NCBI GenBank assembly: GCA_043821645.1
Contig: JBDRCO010000023.1
Span: 128,001 to 192,000, forward strand
DNA from: Pseudomonadota bacterium
GTDB lineage: Bacteria; Myxococcota; JACRCW01; JAFGSX01
Reading direction: 5' to 3'
Length of the DNA stretch: 64,000 nt
Under the pieces are notes generated by a model, which saw only the letters and a program-made list of their open reading frames with translations, ran no database searches and was not told the DNA's origin. This document shows positions 8,921 through 19,085 of this stretch, piece by piece; positions within the stretch are counted from its first letter, which is position 1, and the number at the start of each line of letters is the position of its first letter. The translations under genes and the position numbers were made by a program.

Positions 8921-11236
8921 CTAGTACTGGGCCTCGCGCAGCCTCAGCAGCATCAGGTTCATGGTGCTGTTCACCTTGACCAGCTTGGCGGGATCGCTGC
9001 CCGCAGCCCGGTACTCCAGCAACATGCTGCGCAGCTGTGCCTCGAGCCCCTTGAACAACTCCGAGCTATCGTCGAGCCTGGGGCGAATCCGGTAGTAGGA
9101 CGTCTGCACGCGGTTGAGTTTGTTGTTGATGAAGGTCTTGCGGAAGGTGAAGCCGTCGATCTTGCCCTTGAGCCGGCCTACCAGCTCGCGGCGAACGCCA
9201 TCGTCGGTGTTTGGATTCTTGGCGGCCTTGTACTCCTCCGGCCACAGATCCACCGCGTCGTCTGGCAACAGGCCCTTGCTCCCGAGCGCCCGGTCGAGCT
9301 CGCGGATCATGTTGGTCGCGGCGGCGCTCAGCTCGTTGCTCCTGGCCGGCCTGGGCACCGCAGGAGGCTTCACGGGCTTGGGATCGACGACAGGCGGTGC
9401 CACCGTGGTCACCGGGGGGGGCTTGACCGGCGGAGGCCGTACAGGGTCCGCCCGGGGTGGTTTCTTGGGCTGTCTCGGGTGGCCGGGTGTGGTGCCCGGC
9501 GGCGGCTTGACCGGGTTGTCGACCCGCGCCTGAGGCGGGGTGTCCCTTTCAGGCCGCGGCGGCTTGTCGACGCGTGGCTTGCGGGGTGGAGGATCGAGAT
9601 CGTCCTCTCCGCTGGCTGCCTGCGCAAGTTCAGGTATCCCGGCGTCCGCGCTCGCCGGCGTGTCCGCCGCTGCCAGGACGACCGTGTCGGTCGTGTTCCC
9701 GGGTTGCGAATCCGGCCCACCCAGCATGGCCCAGAGCAGGACCACTCCCAGCAGCGCACCGCTCGCCGCCACACCGCCGAGGACCAGCAAGCGCGGCCTG
9801 GCCCGTCCCGCGAACATGGAGCGCTCGGCCTCGTCGCGTCCGTGCTGCGACCCCTGGGCTGCGATGGCTTGCGCTGCCGGGTGGCCAGTCTTCTGCACCT
9901 CCCTGGGCATCCGGTCTCCGCCCACCGCGGGCGCGGGCAGGGGGTGCTCACCAGTGCGCGGCACAATGAAGGTCTGCTCGCCGTGAATGGCGGCTGCCGG
10001 CCGGATGGCGGGCACCTCCGCCGGGAGAGCGATGGGCGCTGCAAACTCAACTTTCGCCGGTGTGGCTGCGGGCAAGGGGGCCGTGGGCTCGCGCGGGTCC
10101 ACAGGCTCCGGGATCGCCGGCGTGTCCTCCCCGACCGCGGTGCGGACAGCGGTCGCTGCCTCGAATACCGCTGCAGGACCGTCGGACATCAAGGTTGATT
10201 CCGGGACGGCCGCGGTCGGATCTGCCAGGCTGACGGAGTGCGTGGACTCGTCGGTGGACAGATCGAAGGGAGCCATGCGTCCGAGCTGCTGCATGAACTC
10301 CTTCTCGAGTTTGAGATCCACCTCGAACAGGTCGGCCAGCAGGCCCACCAGCTCCTGTCGTGCCTGCTCGTGCGTCCAGTGCGACTGTGCTCTGAGGTCC
10401 GCAAGCAGGGCCGCAGCGTCGGGGTAGCGGTCGTCGGGCTGCACCGCCAGGGCGCGCTCGACCACTGGCACCATGGCCGGCGGCAGGCGCTCGCGACGGA
10501 CGCCCTCGAGAGCCTGGCCGCGGGCGACAATGGACCACAGCTGGTTGGGATCCACGTCGTCATAGAGGCGGCGACCGCTGAGCAACTCGTACAGCATCAC
10601 CCCCGCGGCGAACAGATCGACGCGGTGATCGATGTCGTGCCCGCGGGCTTGCTCGGGAGCCATGTAGCGAAGCTTGCCCAGCACCATGCCGGGCTCGGTC
10701 GCGGTGGTGCGCGCCGCGAAGCGCGCCAGGCCGAAATCGATGAGCCGCACGTCGCCCTGCCAGCTCACCATGAGGTTCTGCGGACTGACATCGCGGTGGA
10801 TCAGGTTGAGAGTGGCGCCGCTCAGGTCCCTGGCCTGGTGCAGGTAGCCCAGGGCGTCGAGCAGCTCACCCACGACGTAGTAGGCGATCTCGGGAGGGAT
10901 CTGTCGTTCGAGGTCGCGCGCGCGCTCCAGGACGCTCCGGGCATCGCGGCCAGAGATGTACTCGAGCTCGAGGAAGTAGGTGCCCTCGGCAAAGCCGATA
11001 TCGAACACCTTGTTGATGACCGGGTGCTTGAGCACGATGGCAACGCGCGCCTCGTCGAGGAAGCGCGTCACGTATTCCTCGTCGCGGGTCAGGTCCTGGC
11101 GCAGGGTCTTGAGCGCGACGTAGCGCTGCTCCCCGGCCACCGCGGCCTTCTGGCCAAGGAAGATCTCGCCCATGCCGCCGCGCGCCAGGCGCTCCAGCAG
11201 CATGTAGTTTCCGAACCGTCTGGGCAGCGTGGACAC
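8921..11236 (-). CDS. Membrane Ser/Thr protein kinase (Hanks type)
   Basis: GGMG, VALK, HRDVSPQN, DFG and APE motifs, followed by a TM segment, Pro-rich linker and helical C-terminal domain. Confidence 0.95.
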   Translation of the reverse strand: MSTLPRRFGNYMLLERLARGGMGEIFLGQKAAVAGEQRYVALKTLRQDLTRDEEYVTRFLDEARVAIVLKHPVINKVFDIGFAEGTYFLELEYISGRDARSVLERARDLERQIPPEIAYYVVGELLDALGYLHQARDLSGATLNLIHRDVSPQNLMVSWQGDVRLIDFGLARFAARTTATEPGMVLGKLRYMAPEQARGHDIDHRVDLFAAGVMLYELLSGRRLYDDVDPNQLWSIVARGQALEGVRRERLPPAMVPVVERALAVQPDDRYPDAAALLADLRAQSHWTHEQARQELVGLLADLFEVDLKLEKEFMQQLGRMAPFDLSTDESTHSVSLADPTAAVPESTLMSDGPAAVFEAATAVRTAVGEDTPAIPEPVDPREPTAPLPAATPAKVEFAAPIALPAEVPAIRPAAAIHGEQTFIVPRTGEHPLPAPAVGGDRMPREVQKTGHPAAQAIAAQGSQHGRDEAERSMFAGRARPRLLVLGGVAASGALLGVVLLWAMLGGPDSQPGNTTDTVVLAAADTPASADAGIPELAQAASGEDDLDPPPRKPRVDKPPRPERDTPPQARVDNPVKPPPGTTPGHPRQPKKPPRADPVRPPPVKPPPVTTVAPPVVDPKPVKPPAVPRPARSNELSAAATNMIRELDRALGSKGLLPDDAVDLWPEEYKAAKNPNTDDGVRRELVGRLKGKIDGFTFRKTFINNKLNRVQTSYYRIRPRLDDSSELFKGLEAQLRSMLLEYRAAGSDPAKLVKVNSTMNLMLLRLREAQY

Positions 11237-11253
11237 GTGCGCCTGTCACCACC

Positions 11254-13056
11254 TCAGCGGGTGCTGATCGGTCCGGCGCTCACGACCTCGAACGCCTCGA
11301 CCGGTTCCGCCTTGCCCTTGAGCGGTATCGCACCGCGCGGTTGTATCAGGAACTGCCCTTGCACCAGCTCCATGGTGCGCGGACCGATCAGGATCTGGCC
11401 GGGTTCGGCGGCCTCCTCGAGCCGGGCCGCGACGTTGACCGCGTCGCCCAGCGCCGTGTATTCGAGTCGCATGCGGGAGCCGATGAGGCCGGCCACCACG
11501 GGACCGGTGTTGAGCCCGATGCGAAGTCGCAGCCGCTCGGCAGGTGGCCGCTCTGCAATCACGGCATTGAAAGCCGAGCGCATGGCCAGGGCGCAAGCCA
11601 CAGCCCGCTCGGCATCGTTGTCGCCGGGGAAGGGTGCGCCGAACAGCGCCATGACGGCGTCGCCGATGTACTTGTCGACCGTGCCGCGGTGCTGGAACAC
11701 GACCTCGGTCATTCGCGCCAGGTAGGCATTGAGCAGGTCCGCGACGCGCGAGGGCGGGTGGCGCTCCGCGAACGCGGTGAAGGAACTGAGGTCGCAGAAC
11801 AGCACCGTGGCTTCGAGCGGTTCGAGAAAGGGCTCCAGTCCGCCGGAGGAATCGGAGCCGCGGTTGAGCATGATCTTCTCGACCACCTCGGGCGTATGAA
11901 AGCGCTCGAGGGCTGACCGCAGCGAGGCCTCGGCCTGAACCTGTTCGCGCAGCCTGGACTGCTCGATGCCCAGGCCCACCAGGTGTCCCAGGGCGCCGAC
12001 CAGGTCATTCTCGGGAGGCAGGAAGGGGCGCTCGCGGGTCAGGTAGATGGCGCCCTCGGCGGCCTCGTCCCGCAGCAGGGGCACGCACAGCACCGCCTTG
12101 AGATCCAGGCGCATCACGCTCTCGCCGCTCGCGAAGCGCATGTCCGAGGCTGCGTTGGCCGCCACCACCGCCGAGCGATCGCGCACAGCGCGCTCGACCA
12201 CCGTCTGCGACAGGTGCAGGGAGCGGATGCGCTTGGCCAGCCGGACCACCCGTGGCTTCATCTCGCCAAAGGACCCCTCGGGAAGCAGCACGGCGACACC
12301 CTGGGACTGGGTGGCGTTGAGCAGGGCGTCGGCGATCTTGCCCAGGAAGTCATCGAGGGTGAGCGCCAGATGCGACTCCGCCATGACCCGGTACAGCAAG
12401 CTCAGGGCCAGGGTCTCGATGGACTCGGCGGTGGGCTGGCGGTCCAGGGTCATCGCCACGGACTTGAAGTCGCCGACCTCGCTGATGTCGACCTTGCCGC
12501 TGGAACGCGAACGCAGGTGCTGCACCAGCGGATTGCTGGCAATGGGCGTCAACCGCAGGCGCTCGGCGTCCACCTTGGGGTCGGGCTCCCAGCTCCACGC
12601 CAGATCCTTGCTGATCTGGGCCGGGACGACCGGAGCGCGCGCGCGGAGCGGATCCGTGAAATCGAGGGTGAGATCATCCTCGGCGAAATCATCGGTGATG
12701 ACGGGCAGGCTGGCGTCGACAGGCTCGGCCTTGCGGCGGTCGGGCAAGAAGCTCAGGGTCCACTCCCCGGCCTGCACCTTCTCGCCACCGTTGAGCACGA
12801 TCTCGCTGATGCGCTTGCCGTCGAAATGCGTGCCGTTATGACTCTGCAGGTCAGAGATCTTCAGCTGCTCCTCGCCCTCGGCGGCGATGCTGAAGTGGCG
12901 GCGGGAGATCTTGCGCCCCTCGAGACAGATGTCGCAGGTAGGATCCCGCCCCACCAGGGAGGGACGCGACAGGATGAACTCTCGCGTTCGCCCACCTGGC
13001 CCCTCGGCCATCACGCGCCACTTGCGGAGGAGCTGCTGTCCCGCCTCTGCGCTCAA
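11254..13056 (-). CDS. FHA-GAF-class III adenylate/guanylate cyclase
   Basis: FHA (GRD...SRRH...SHNGT), GAF (LCVPL) and cyclase (FCDLSSFT, DKYIGD, GDAVNVAARLE) motifs. Confidence 0.93.
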   Translation of the reverse strand: MSAEAGQQLLRKWRVMAEGPGGRTREFILSRPSLVGRDPTCDICLEGRKISRRHFSIAAEGEEQLKISDLQSHNGTHFDGKRISEIVLNGGEKVQAGEWTLSFLPDRRKAEPVDASLPVITDDFAEDDLTLDFTDPLRARAPVVPAQISKDLAWSWEPDPKVDAERLRLTPIASNPLVQHLRSRSSGKVDISEVGDFKSVAMTLDRQPTAESIETLALSLLYRVMAESHLALTLDDFLGKIADALLNATQSQGVAVLLPEGSFGEMKPRVVRLAKRIRSLHLSQTVVERAVRDRSAVVAANAASDMRFASGESVMRLDLKAVLCVPLLRDEAAEGAIYLTRERPFLPPENDLVGALGHLVGLGIEQSRLREQVQAEASLRSALERFHTPEVVEKIMLNRGSDSSGGLEPFLEPLEATVLFCDLSSFTAFAERHPPSRVADLLNAYLARMTEVVFQHRGTVDKYIGDAVMALFGAPFPGDNDAERAVACALAMRSAFNAVIAERPPAERLRLRIGLNTGPVVAGLIGSRMRLEYTALGDAVNVAARLEEAAEPGQILIGPRTMELVQGQFLIQPRGAIPLKGKAEPVEAFEVVSAGPISTR

Positions 13057-13309
13057 TTCAAACTCCCTGCCCCCTTGGCAATCGCGACTTTGCTCCCTTA
13101 TATCGCATTATCGCCAGAGCATGCGCCCGCATGCACTCGCATCGTCTGGCGAGCCGACCCCGAGGCCGCGACAGGTCAAAAACTTGAACAATCTAGACCA
13201 GCTTCGTATCCTAGCCAACATGAAACGGTCGTTCCAGTCTCCGCTCACACACAGCTCGCAGCAGCATGAGGGCCGGAGCAGAGCCTCCAGGTCACCCGGG
13301 CTCCACGGC

Positions 13310-14290
13310 ATGGGCCAAAGCTGGTTGTGGTGGGTTGGCCTGTGCACCGCGGGCGTCCTCCTCGCTGCGGGCTGCCCGGACAAGCGGCCCGAGGAAGAGC
13401 TGACCATCGTCGTACGCGAGGACACCCGGCGCATCGACGAGAAGAAGCAGCAACTCGAGGCCGAGCGCCTGCGCATCTTCGAGGATCAGAAGAAACTCGA
13501 CGAGAGCCTGCAGAAACTCAAGGATGGTTTCGGCGATCAGACAGATGACAAGTCGCGCGAGTTTGTCGACGTCATCAAGCGCTTGCAGGCGGAGAACAGC
13601 AGGCTGTCCAAGCGCCTGGGCGAGGAGATGGTCCAGCACAGCAGCCTGCTCGACCAGCAGAAGCAGCAGGCGACTGGCGGCGGGCGAGTCTCGAGCAGGG
13701 GCGGCGAGAGCAGTGGGGAATGGAAAGCCGAGATCTCCGAGGTCAAGCAGCAGCAGGATGCGCTGTCCAGAGATCTGGCCTCGGTGCGCGTCTCCCTGGG
13801 CGGCATCGATGCCCAGCTCCGGGCCGTGCTCGCCAAGCTGGACAACCTGCCTGCCGGGTCGGCTCCCATGGTCGCAGCGCCGGTCATCTCGTCGGGGAAG
13901 GTGGTTTCCAAGAAAGCCCTGGACAGGGCTAACAAGAAGCTGAGTTCGAGCATGAGCCGCAAGGGCATCCTCGTCATGGACCTACCCGAGGCCTACAGGA
14001 ACCACCCGCGCGACATCCGCAAGGCGCTCAACAGCGGTGACAACGCCATGGCCTACGAGCTGATCTCGCAACAGCAGTCCGTGGTGGACGGCATCGCCAT
14101 CGACAGCGCGTTCATCCAGGCCAAGATGGTCAGGGTCAACAGCCTGGTCGGCGGCAGCCGCCTCAGCGACGAGAAAAAGGCTGCGGCAGCCGACAAGCTC
14201 AAGGACGCGACCTCTGCCTTCTCCGACGGCAAGTACAAGCAGGCCAATCTCCTGATCAATGAGATCGTGGGGCTGATGGGCTCGAGCTGA
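13310..14290 (+). CDS. Coiled-coil lipoprotein, hypothetical
   Basis: MGQSWLWW...LLAAGC lipobox followed by an E/K/Q-rich coiled coil. Confidence 0.75.
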   Translation: MGQSWLWWVGLCTAGVLLAAGCPDKRPEEELTIVVREDTRRIDEKKQQLEAERLRIFEDQKKLDESLQKLKDGFGDQTDDKSREFVDVIKRLQAENSRLSKRLGEEMVQHSSLLDQQKQQATGGGRVSSRGGESSGEWKAEISEVKQQQDALSRDLASVRVSLGGIDAQLRAVLAKLDNLPAGSAPMVAAPVISSGKVVSKKALDRANKKLSSSMSRKGILVMDLPEAYRNHPRDIRKALNSGDNAMAYELISQQQSVVDGIAIDSAFIQAKMVRVNSLVGGSRLSDEKKAAAADKLKDATSAFSDGKYKQANLLINEIVGLMGSS

Positions 14291-15293
14291 GCCTCGAGCG
14301 TTCGGCCTCGCCCCCCTCCAGAAAGATAGATTCCTGAGGAATTTCGGGCAGATCCGTTGGCCAGGGTGCCACAAAGAACTGCGGAGCCACGCCGAGGTCC
14401 GGGTCAAGCTCGAGCGCCCGGGCATGCAGACACTGGCGCGGCCAACCGAGCTCGTCCACGGAGGCGGCGGCCTCGCCCCCTTCAGCCCAGCGCAGAAACC
14501 AGTCCTCGCCCTGCCCGCCGTAGATCTTGTCGCCTACGATGGGGTGACCGATGAGCGACAGGTGTGCCCGGATCTGGTGGGTGCGGCCAGTCCGCGGGTA
14601 GCACGCCACCAGGCTGCGATCGCCCAGCGCAGCCAGGAGGCGGACCTCGGTGCGCGCCGGGGGCGCATCCGGCACGGCCCCCATGCGGATGCGGATGGCT
14701 CCGCCCAGGGGACCCAGCGGGATGTCGATGCGCTGCGGGGTGGCGGACACGCTGCCCTCGACCAGAGCCCAGTAAGTCTTGTGCACCTGGCCGTGGGCGA
14801 AGGCGCGCTTGAGCCGCCGCTCCACGTCGAGAGTGCGCGCCAGTAGCAGCACGCCGCTGGTCTCGCGATCCAGGCGGTGGCAGATCCTCGGCACGACCGC
14901 GTCGGCGGACCCCGCCTGACGCCGGAGCAATTGCGTCAAGGTGGTGCGGAAGTAGCGCGCCGAGGGGTGCACGGCGAGACCCGCGGGTTTGTCGATGACC
15001 AGCAGGTGATCGTCGTCGTGAAGCACCTCGAAGGATTCGGGTGCCGCGGGCTCCTCGGGTGGGGTCCGCCACAGCGACAGGATCTCATCACCCCGCACCC
15101 GGCTCGCGGGTCTGAGAGCACGGCCGTCCCGGCGCAGGTCCCCGTTCTTCACGATGGCCGAGGCGCGGCTTCGCGACAGGCGGCGAATCTTGGTCGCCAG
15201 GAACTGGTCCGCGCGCTGGCCGTCCAGCTGCGGGTCCACGTGCAAGCTTAGGCAGATGCGTGCGTCGTCGGCCATGGCGCCCCGGGGTACCAC
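14256..15293 (-). CDS. RluA/RluD-family pseudouridine synthase
   Basis: S4-like N-terminus, DKPAGL, HRLDRETSG, TGRTHQIR and GDKIYG motifs. Confidence 0.95.
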   Translation of the reverse strand: MVPRGAMADDARICLSLHVDPQLDGQRADQFLATKIRRLSRSRASAIVKNGDLRRDGRALRPASRVRGDEILSLWRTPPEEPAAPESFEVLHDDDHLLVIDKPAGLAVHPSARYFRTTLTQLLRRQAGSADAVVPRICHRLDRETSGVLLLARTLDVERRLKRAFAHGQVHKTYWALVEGSVSATPQRIDIPLGPLGGAIRIRMGAVPDAPPARTEVRLLAALGDRSLVACYPRTGRTHQIRAHLSLIGHPIVGDKIYGGQGEDWFLRWAEGGEAAASVDELGWPRQCLHARALELDPDLGVAPQFFVAPWPTDLPEIPQESIFLEGGEAERSRLSSSPSAPRSH

Positions 15294-15325
15294 GGGTACC
15301 TCCGGTGAGCATCCTAGCGCGCGCT

Positions 15326-15607
15326 TCAGAATCCCGCGCCCACCATGTGCTCGGCGAGGGCGCGAATCAGGCGGCGGCGCAGCTCCTGCTGCATGAAGAT
15401 CACCGTCGCTCGCGTGGCGGGACGCCCAGTGCGCAGCTCGAGCCAGCTCGCGGCGAGGCTCACGGCCTGCCGGATCTTGTCCGGGTCGAGGCGGAAGTCC
15501 TCGTCCTCACGGCCGAGCAAGAAGCTCTCGACTCCGAAGCGATCGACCAGCAGGGCAAACAGCCTGCGAGAACGACGGATGTGGCAGAGATCGATCACGT
15601 GTCCCAT
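15326..15607 (-). CDS. Small hypothetical protein (93 aa, MGHVIDLC...)
   Basis: Fills the gap between the rluA-family gene and the porin. It is the C-terminal part of the long minus-strand ORF and resembles small myxobacterial hypotheticals from memory. Confidence 0.6.
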   Translation of the reverse strand: MGHVIDLCHIRRSRRLFALLVDRFGVESFLLGREDEDFRLDPDKIRQAVSLAASWLELRTGRPATRATVIFMQQELRRRLIRALAEHMVGAGF

Positions 15608-15718
15608 GTGATCGTCGATGCTAGTCGCTCCGTCGACGACGATCCATTTTTCGGACCGGGTTTTTGCTCGACCTTGTCTGCTGTTTCGTGTCATCAGATC
15701 GCGCCACAGGAGCCCCGC

Positions 15719-16966
15719 ATGAAATTCTTGACGCCTTGTGCCCTGCTGCTCCTCGGCCTGGCCACCGGCGCCCGTGCCGAGCCGAGCGCGCTCCCCGACG
15801 CTGCTTCGTCCCTGCCGTCCAGCGCCCCGGCGACGATGGACGGCGAGGACCCGGCCGCGGCGGTCGACGATCCGTTCTTCAGCGGCGATCTGGATCACGC
15901 GTTTGACGACGTCGACACCGAGTGGAAGGACGACCAGGAGGTGGCCACAGAGACCCGGACCTTCGTCGGTCCGCCCTCCCCCCTCGCCGCCTACCGCGCG
16001 CTGGTCAAGCACGACGCCATCTCGCTCCTGCTCAAGACGCGGATCCTTGCCAGCGTGCAGGAGGTGCCGGACACCCGCAGCGATGGATTTCAGATCCGGC
16101 AGCTGCGCGCGGTGGTCTCGGGCAAGCTCGGCCATGGCTTCGACTACTACACCCAGATCGACGCGGCCAGCTCGCGACCCCTGATCGACGCCATCATCGG
16201 CTGGGGGCCCATCGACGCCCTCAAGCTCTCGCTCGGCCAGATGAAGACGCCCTTCTCGGGCGAGTTTTTGATCTCGCGACCGGATCTGAGCTTCATCGAG
16301 CGCTCCGAGGCCCAGCTGGCCATCTCGGCAAATCGCTCGGTGGGCGCGCAGCTGTCGGGACACTTTCTCGACCAGCACCTGTCCTACCGCGCCGGTGTCT
16401 TCAACGGCGAGGGTTTCGATGCCCTGGAGTGGGGACGCAGCCTGCTCTACGTGGGCCGCGTCCAGGCCGTGCCGCTGGACCTGCACCTGCGCAGCCAGAA
16501 CTTTCAGTGGACCGTGGCCATCAATGCCGCCTACGGACCCCGCGCCATCCTCGAGCTGGGAGACATCCGGCCCCTGTCCCTGGCTGGCACCCTCGACGGC
16601 TCGCGCCTCCTCGCAGGAGCCGACAGCCGCCTGCAGCTCGGGCCCGTGTGGTTGGCCGGGGAATGGCTGTACGGCCTGTACGACGGGCACTCGAGCACGC
16701 GAGGGACTACCAGCTTCTTCGCCACCGGAGGCTATGGCGAGGCCGGCATGTCGCTGGTACCAGGTACCGTCGACATCATGGTTCGTTACGACGCCCTGTA
16801 CGCCTCGGTGAGCGAGGTCTACACCCAGTTCATCCTGTTCGGTGTGCGCGTGTTCGCGACCGATTTCCTGCGCATCCAGCTCAACTACGCCTGGGGTCCG
16901 GGCTACGGCACGAGCTCCTACTGGTCACCCAACCAGCTCCAGGCCGCGTTTCAGCTGCTGCTCTAG
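15719..16966 (+). CDS. Outer-membrane porin (OprO/OprP-like)
   Basis: AGGAG RBS, signal peptide, F.IRQLR, GQMKTPF.E, R.VGAQL and GVFNG motifs, amphipathic beta strands. Confidence 0.8.
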   Translation: MKFLTPCALLLLGLATGARAEPSALPDAASSLPSSAPATMDGEDPAAAVDDPFFSGDLDHAFDDVDTEWKDDQEVATETRTFVGPPSPLAAYRALVKHDAISLLLKTRILASVQEVPDTRSDGFQIRQLRAVVSGKLGHGFDYYTQIDAASSRPLIDAIIGWGPIDALKLSLGQMKTPFSGEFLISRPDLSFIERSEAQLAISANRSVGAQLSGHFLDQHLSYRAGVFNGEGFDALEWGRSLLYVGRVQAVPLDLHLRSQNFQWTVAINAAYGPRAILELGDIRPLSLAGTLDGSRLLAGADSRLQLGPVWLAGEWLYGLYDGHSSTRGTTSFFATGGYGEAGMSLVPGTVDIMVRYDALYASVSEVYTQFILFGVRVFATDFLRIQLNYAWGPGYGTSSYWSPNQLQAAFQLLL

Positions 16967-17087
16967 CTCGCCAGCGCCACAAAGGCCGAGCACGGCCGCT
17001 GCTCCCGGCGAGGTTGTCAAAACCTCGGTCTGTCCCCGGCTTTTGTTCGCGGCAGGTTTATGCCAAGGTCTGGCCACGGAGGAGAGT

Positions 17088-18203
17088 TTGAGCGAGCCCC
17101 CCCACCCCACCGAGTTTCCCAGGAAAGCCATGGTACTGGCCGCGGGGCTGGGCACGCGCCTGCTTCCCCTGACCCAGTTTGTTCCCAAGCCCATGCTCCC
17201 CGTCGCCTCGGTGCCCTTGATTCGCTATGCGCTGCGACTGCTCGCCTCCGCTGGCTGCCAGGAGGTCATGGTCAACCTGCATCACCTGCCCGAGCAGATC
17301 GAGGAGGAGGTCGGGCGCAAGGCCGAGGGCCTCAAGATCCAGTACTCGCACGAAGCCACCATCCTGGGGACCGGCGGCGGCCTGCGCAAGGTGGCGGGAT
17401 TCTTCGACCAGACCTTCTTTTTGCTCAATGCCGACTCCATCATCGACCTCGATCTGGCAGCGGCCCTTGCCACGCACCGCGCTCACGACGCCCTCGCCAC
17501 CATGGTGCTGCGCAGCCGCGTCAAGGGGGACACCTACACGGTGATCGGTGTGGACGACGCGGGGCTGGTGCGGCAGATCGGCGAGCGCGTCAAGTACCAA
17601 GGTCCCGATCTGCATCCCTACCTGTTCACCGGCGTCCATGTGCTCGAGCCCGAGTTCCTGGACTACATCCCGCCGGACATCGAGAGCTGCATCAACGGCT
17701 ACGCCTACCCCAAGGTCATCGAGGACGGCCGCACGGTGGCGGCCCACATCCAGGAGGGCTACTGGGCCGACGTGGGCACGCTCGAGCGCTACTGGCAGAC
17801 CAACGTCGATCTGTTGACCCGTCGGGCCCAGCTGAGCTTCTTCGATCCCCTGGCCAGTTTCGCCCATGGACCGAGCAAGGACGTCGACACCGTGATTCGC
17901 CTGGGTGAGAAGTGCAGCCTGGGTACCTCGGTGCGCCTGGACCCTCCCGTGCTCCTGGGCGACGGCGTGCGCGTGGGCGACGAGGTCGCGGTGGGCCCGG
18001 AGGTGGTGGTAGGTGCGGGCTGCATCCTCGGCAAGAACTGCCGTGTGCGGCGCGCCATCCTGCTGCCAGGGGCCCGTATCGAGCCCGGGGAGGTCGTGGA
18101 TTCCGAGGTGGTCACGCGAAAGATTCGCGTTCCCTTCGGAACACGCAGCGAGGCGGCCGATGCGCCGCATCCACCGGCAACAGCTCGACCCATTTCGCGC
18201 TGA
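17088..18203 (+). CDS. NDP-sugar synthase (mannose-1-phosphate guanylyltransferase-like) with left-handed beta-helix
   Basis: KAMVLAAGLGTRLLPLT..PKPM, GTGGG and W.DVGT motifs plus hexapeptide repeats. TTG start after GGAG (or ATG 17130). Confidence 0.9.
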   Translation: MSEPPHPTEFPRKAMVLAAGLGTRLLPLTQFVPKPMLPVASVPLIRYALRLLASAGCQEVMVNLHHLPEQIEEEVGRKAEGLKIQYSHEATILGTGGGLRKVAGFFDQTFFLLNADSIIDLDLAAALATHRAHDALATMVLRSRVKGDTYTVIGVDDAGLVRQIGERVKYQGPDLHPYLFTGVHVLEPEFLDYIPPDIESCINGYAYPKVIEDGRTVAAHIQEGYWADVGTLERYWQTNVDLLTRRAQLSFFDPLASFAHGPSKDVDTVIRLGEKCSLGTSVRLDPPVLLGDGVRVGDEVAVGPEVVVGAGCILGKNCRVRRAILLPGARIEPGEVVDSEVVTRKIRVPFGTRSEAADAPHPPATARPISR

Positions 18204-18235
18204 ACCCTCGGAGCATGAGGCGCGAGGGGGCGAGC

Positions 18236-18250
18236 CCCCCGCCAGAACAC
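18236..18250. repeat. GC-rich hairpin (REP-like or terminator-like) between convergent genes
   Basis: ggggg-cgag-ccccc near 18226-18240. Coordinates are approximate. Confidence 0.3.
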
Positions 18251-18353
18251 CCTTCCGTCCGCAGCGTGCGACAACCCCAGGACGCCTCTTCCGGAAAGAC
18301 CTGCCCGTCGCGGGGAGCACCGTTAAGGAAAGCGCAGGGAAGGCAGGGGGGGG

Positions 18354-18716
18354 CTAGTGCTTGGGCGCCGGCTTCTCGAAGGGCGATTCCAGGGCCTGGT
18401 GCAACGCCTCGCGCTCGGCCACCGCGTCCACCAGATCGACCCCCGCGGTCCTGTTGACGAAGTTTGCGAAGTGCCGCAGCACCTCGTCGAGGTGATCATC
18501 CGCCCACAGGCGCATGGCTTGAAACACGTACTCGTCGACGAACCACTGCGGGATCACGTCCGCGTGCTTGTCGCAGAACGCTCGGAATCCGTCCTCGACC
18601 GCTTCCCAGTCGCAGGCCGTGACGCCCTTGCGAAGCAGCCCGAAGGTGCGCTGGAGCTCGCCATGAAGCGCGGTCTGCTCGGGCGCAGGAGCGATGTCAT
18701 CCCCTTGTCGTGCCAT
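18354..18716 (-). CDS. Hypothetical protein (~120 aa, helical)
   Basis: MARQGDDIAP... with protein-like composition and GC3-biased codons. Confidence 0.65.
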   Translation of the reverse strand: MARQGDDIAPAPEQTALHGELQRTFGLLRKGVTACDWEAVEDGFRAFCDKHADVIPQWFVDEYVFQAMRLWADDHLDEVLRHFANFVNRTAGVDLVDAVAEREALHQALESPFEKPAPKH

Positions 18717-18814
18717 GGCTGTCCATGATGCCACGGTCCCGGACCGGCGGTCCATGGCCCATCGACGTGAGCGCGCCTTGACAGCCAACTATTCGTGTGT
18801 TTGTTCCTGACTCC

Positions 18815-19060
18815 ATGAGGATGTGGTCCATTATCCTACTCGGGGCCATCGCCGTGGCTCCGCTGGCTCAGGCCCGGGTGGCGGCGCCTCAGGCACGCCC
18901 CGGGACCAGCTCTGCTGCAGACCTTCAGCCCCAGCGTGGTCGTTTGATCCTGCAGCCCGTGCGGGACCTGCAACCCAAGATCCGCCCGCAGCCTGCGCCT
19001 GGAAGCTCCTCGCAACCCGGCGATTTCCCCACGCCCACACGCACCCTTCGGGCCTGCTGA
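18815..19060 (+). CDS. Small putative secreted protein
   Basis: MRMWSIILLGAIAVAPLAQA signal-peptide-like start and Pro-rich remainder. Confidence 0.35.
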   Translation: MRMWSIILLGAIAVAPLAQARVAAPQARPGTSSAADLQPQRGRLILQPVRDLQPKIRPQPAPGSSSQPGDFPTPTRTLRAC

Positions 19061-19085
19061 GCGACCGCCCTCGCGGAGGCCCGCC

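Noticed and set aside
14256-14290. 35-bp convergent overlap of the lipoprotein and pseudouridine synthase genes
   Set aside because: Short 3' overlaps with low-complexity tails are common in GC-rich genomes.
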